A stretch of 64,000 nt of DNA, from the NCBI GenBank assembly GCA_038087875.1, contig CM075982.1, positions 22,568,001-22,632,000 on the forward strand, in the 5' to 3' direction. This document shows, in pieces, positions 63,200 through 64,000 of this stretch. The stretch's first letter is position 1. Each line of letters begins with the position of its first letter. Under the pieces are notes generated by a model. The model was not told the DNA's origin. It searched no databases and saw only the letters and a list, made by a program, of their open reading frames with translations. Both the position numbers and the translations under genes were made by a program. This DNA is from Malacoraja senta. Its lineage: Eukaryota.

Positions 63200-63470
63200 T
63201 CTAGTCTTTGACATTTCCACCCAAGGAAAATGGTTCTGACTGTCTACTCTTCCTAAGCCTCATCATTTTATATACTTCCATCAGGTATCCCCTCAGCCTC
63301 TGGCACTACAGAGAAAACAATCCAAGTTTGTCCAGCTTCTCCTTACAGCTAATACACGGTAATCCAGACAACATTCTGGTCAACCTATTCTGCAGCCTCT
63401 CCAAACCCTCCACATCTTTCTTGTAAAGGGGCGGCCAGACATATGCAGCCTATCCAGTCTCATAAAGTTG
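63200..63470 (-). mobile_element. CR1 fragment
   Basis: cctcatcattttatatacttccatcaggt...gagaaaacaatccaagtttgtccagc. Confidence 0.6.
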
Positions 63471-63623
63471 CAGTTTAGCATATTCCTGTAAAATATAGTG
63501 CACACTCAAAAGAGGAAGCTAGAATAGAGGGAGCAAAGAGGAAAAGAGTACCTTGAAAGTAAAAACGACTGCTGCAGTTCTGTCACCTGAATATAGAACT
63601 TTCGAGTCCTGATTGATCTAATA

Positions 63624-63707
63624 AACCACCTCCATGCACTTAATATGCATGGCCTTATTCGAGAATAATGAACCACCTCCATGCACTTAATATGCATGGC
63701 CTTATTC
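63624..63707. repeat. Perfect 37-bp direct repeat with 10-nt spacer
   Basis: aaccacctccatgcacttaatatgcatggccttattc at 63624-63660 and 63671-63707. Confidence 0.95.
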
Positions 63708-64000
63708 AAGTGATGAACAACAAATACTCTTCAGAATCTCCTGCCGCACACAGCATTGCTGAGAATGGACTGAGTACAAGCTCCGGTGTCCCTGCTACCG
63801 TTAGTTTTTAGCCACTGCTCCTCATTGTATGCCTTCGTATTCAGGTTTGTTAGATAAAACTCCTATGCTTTGGGACATTTTATTTTGCTGAAGGCTGTAT
63901 ACAAATATCATTTATTAAGTAGTGGCTCAGGTTCCTTCCTGTTCCTTTCCTGTCCATGTTCTTATATTCCAATGGGAAGGCTCCTAACTCCTCTGAAGTG

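Noticed and set aside
63624-63707. CRISPR-like palindromic direct repeats
   Set aside because: Only two units with a 10-nt spacer, in a vertebrate intron with no cas genes.

Overview
Eukaryotic DNA, most likely from a cartilaginous fish (skate/ray-like), judged from its HE1-type tRNA-derived V-SINEs, CR1/HER1-type LINE tails and dense Penelope-like repeats. The window lies inside a + strand flotillin-2 (FLOT2/reggie-1) gene. It holds exon 2 (23576-23657), two homologous 91-nt exon-3 variants that must be mutually exclusive (44123-44213 and 45056-45146), a decayed third exon-3 copy (46212-46281) and exon 4 (61221-61344). Exon 1 and exons 5+ were not found and probably lie outside the window. 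The rest is intron filled with mobile elements: CR1, RTE (BovB-like), Vingi-like, RTE-X-like and Rex1-like LINE pieces, Penelope-like elements carrying minimal hammerhead-ribozyme motifs, SINEs, and a non-autonomous TIR element with a 5-bp target duplication. The least expected signal is three degenerate linker-histone-H1-like coding fragments in intron 1, two of them inverted relative to each other. There is one assembly gap (19429-19604). Repeat boundaries are approximate unless a TSD is quoted, and family names come from motif recognition, not from a database search.
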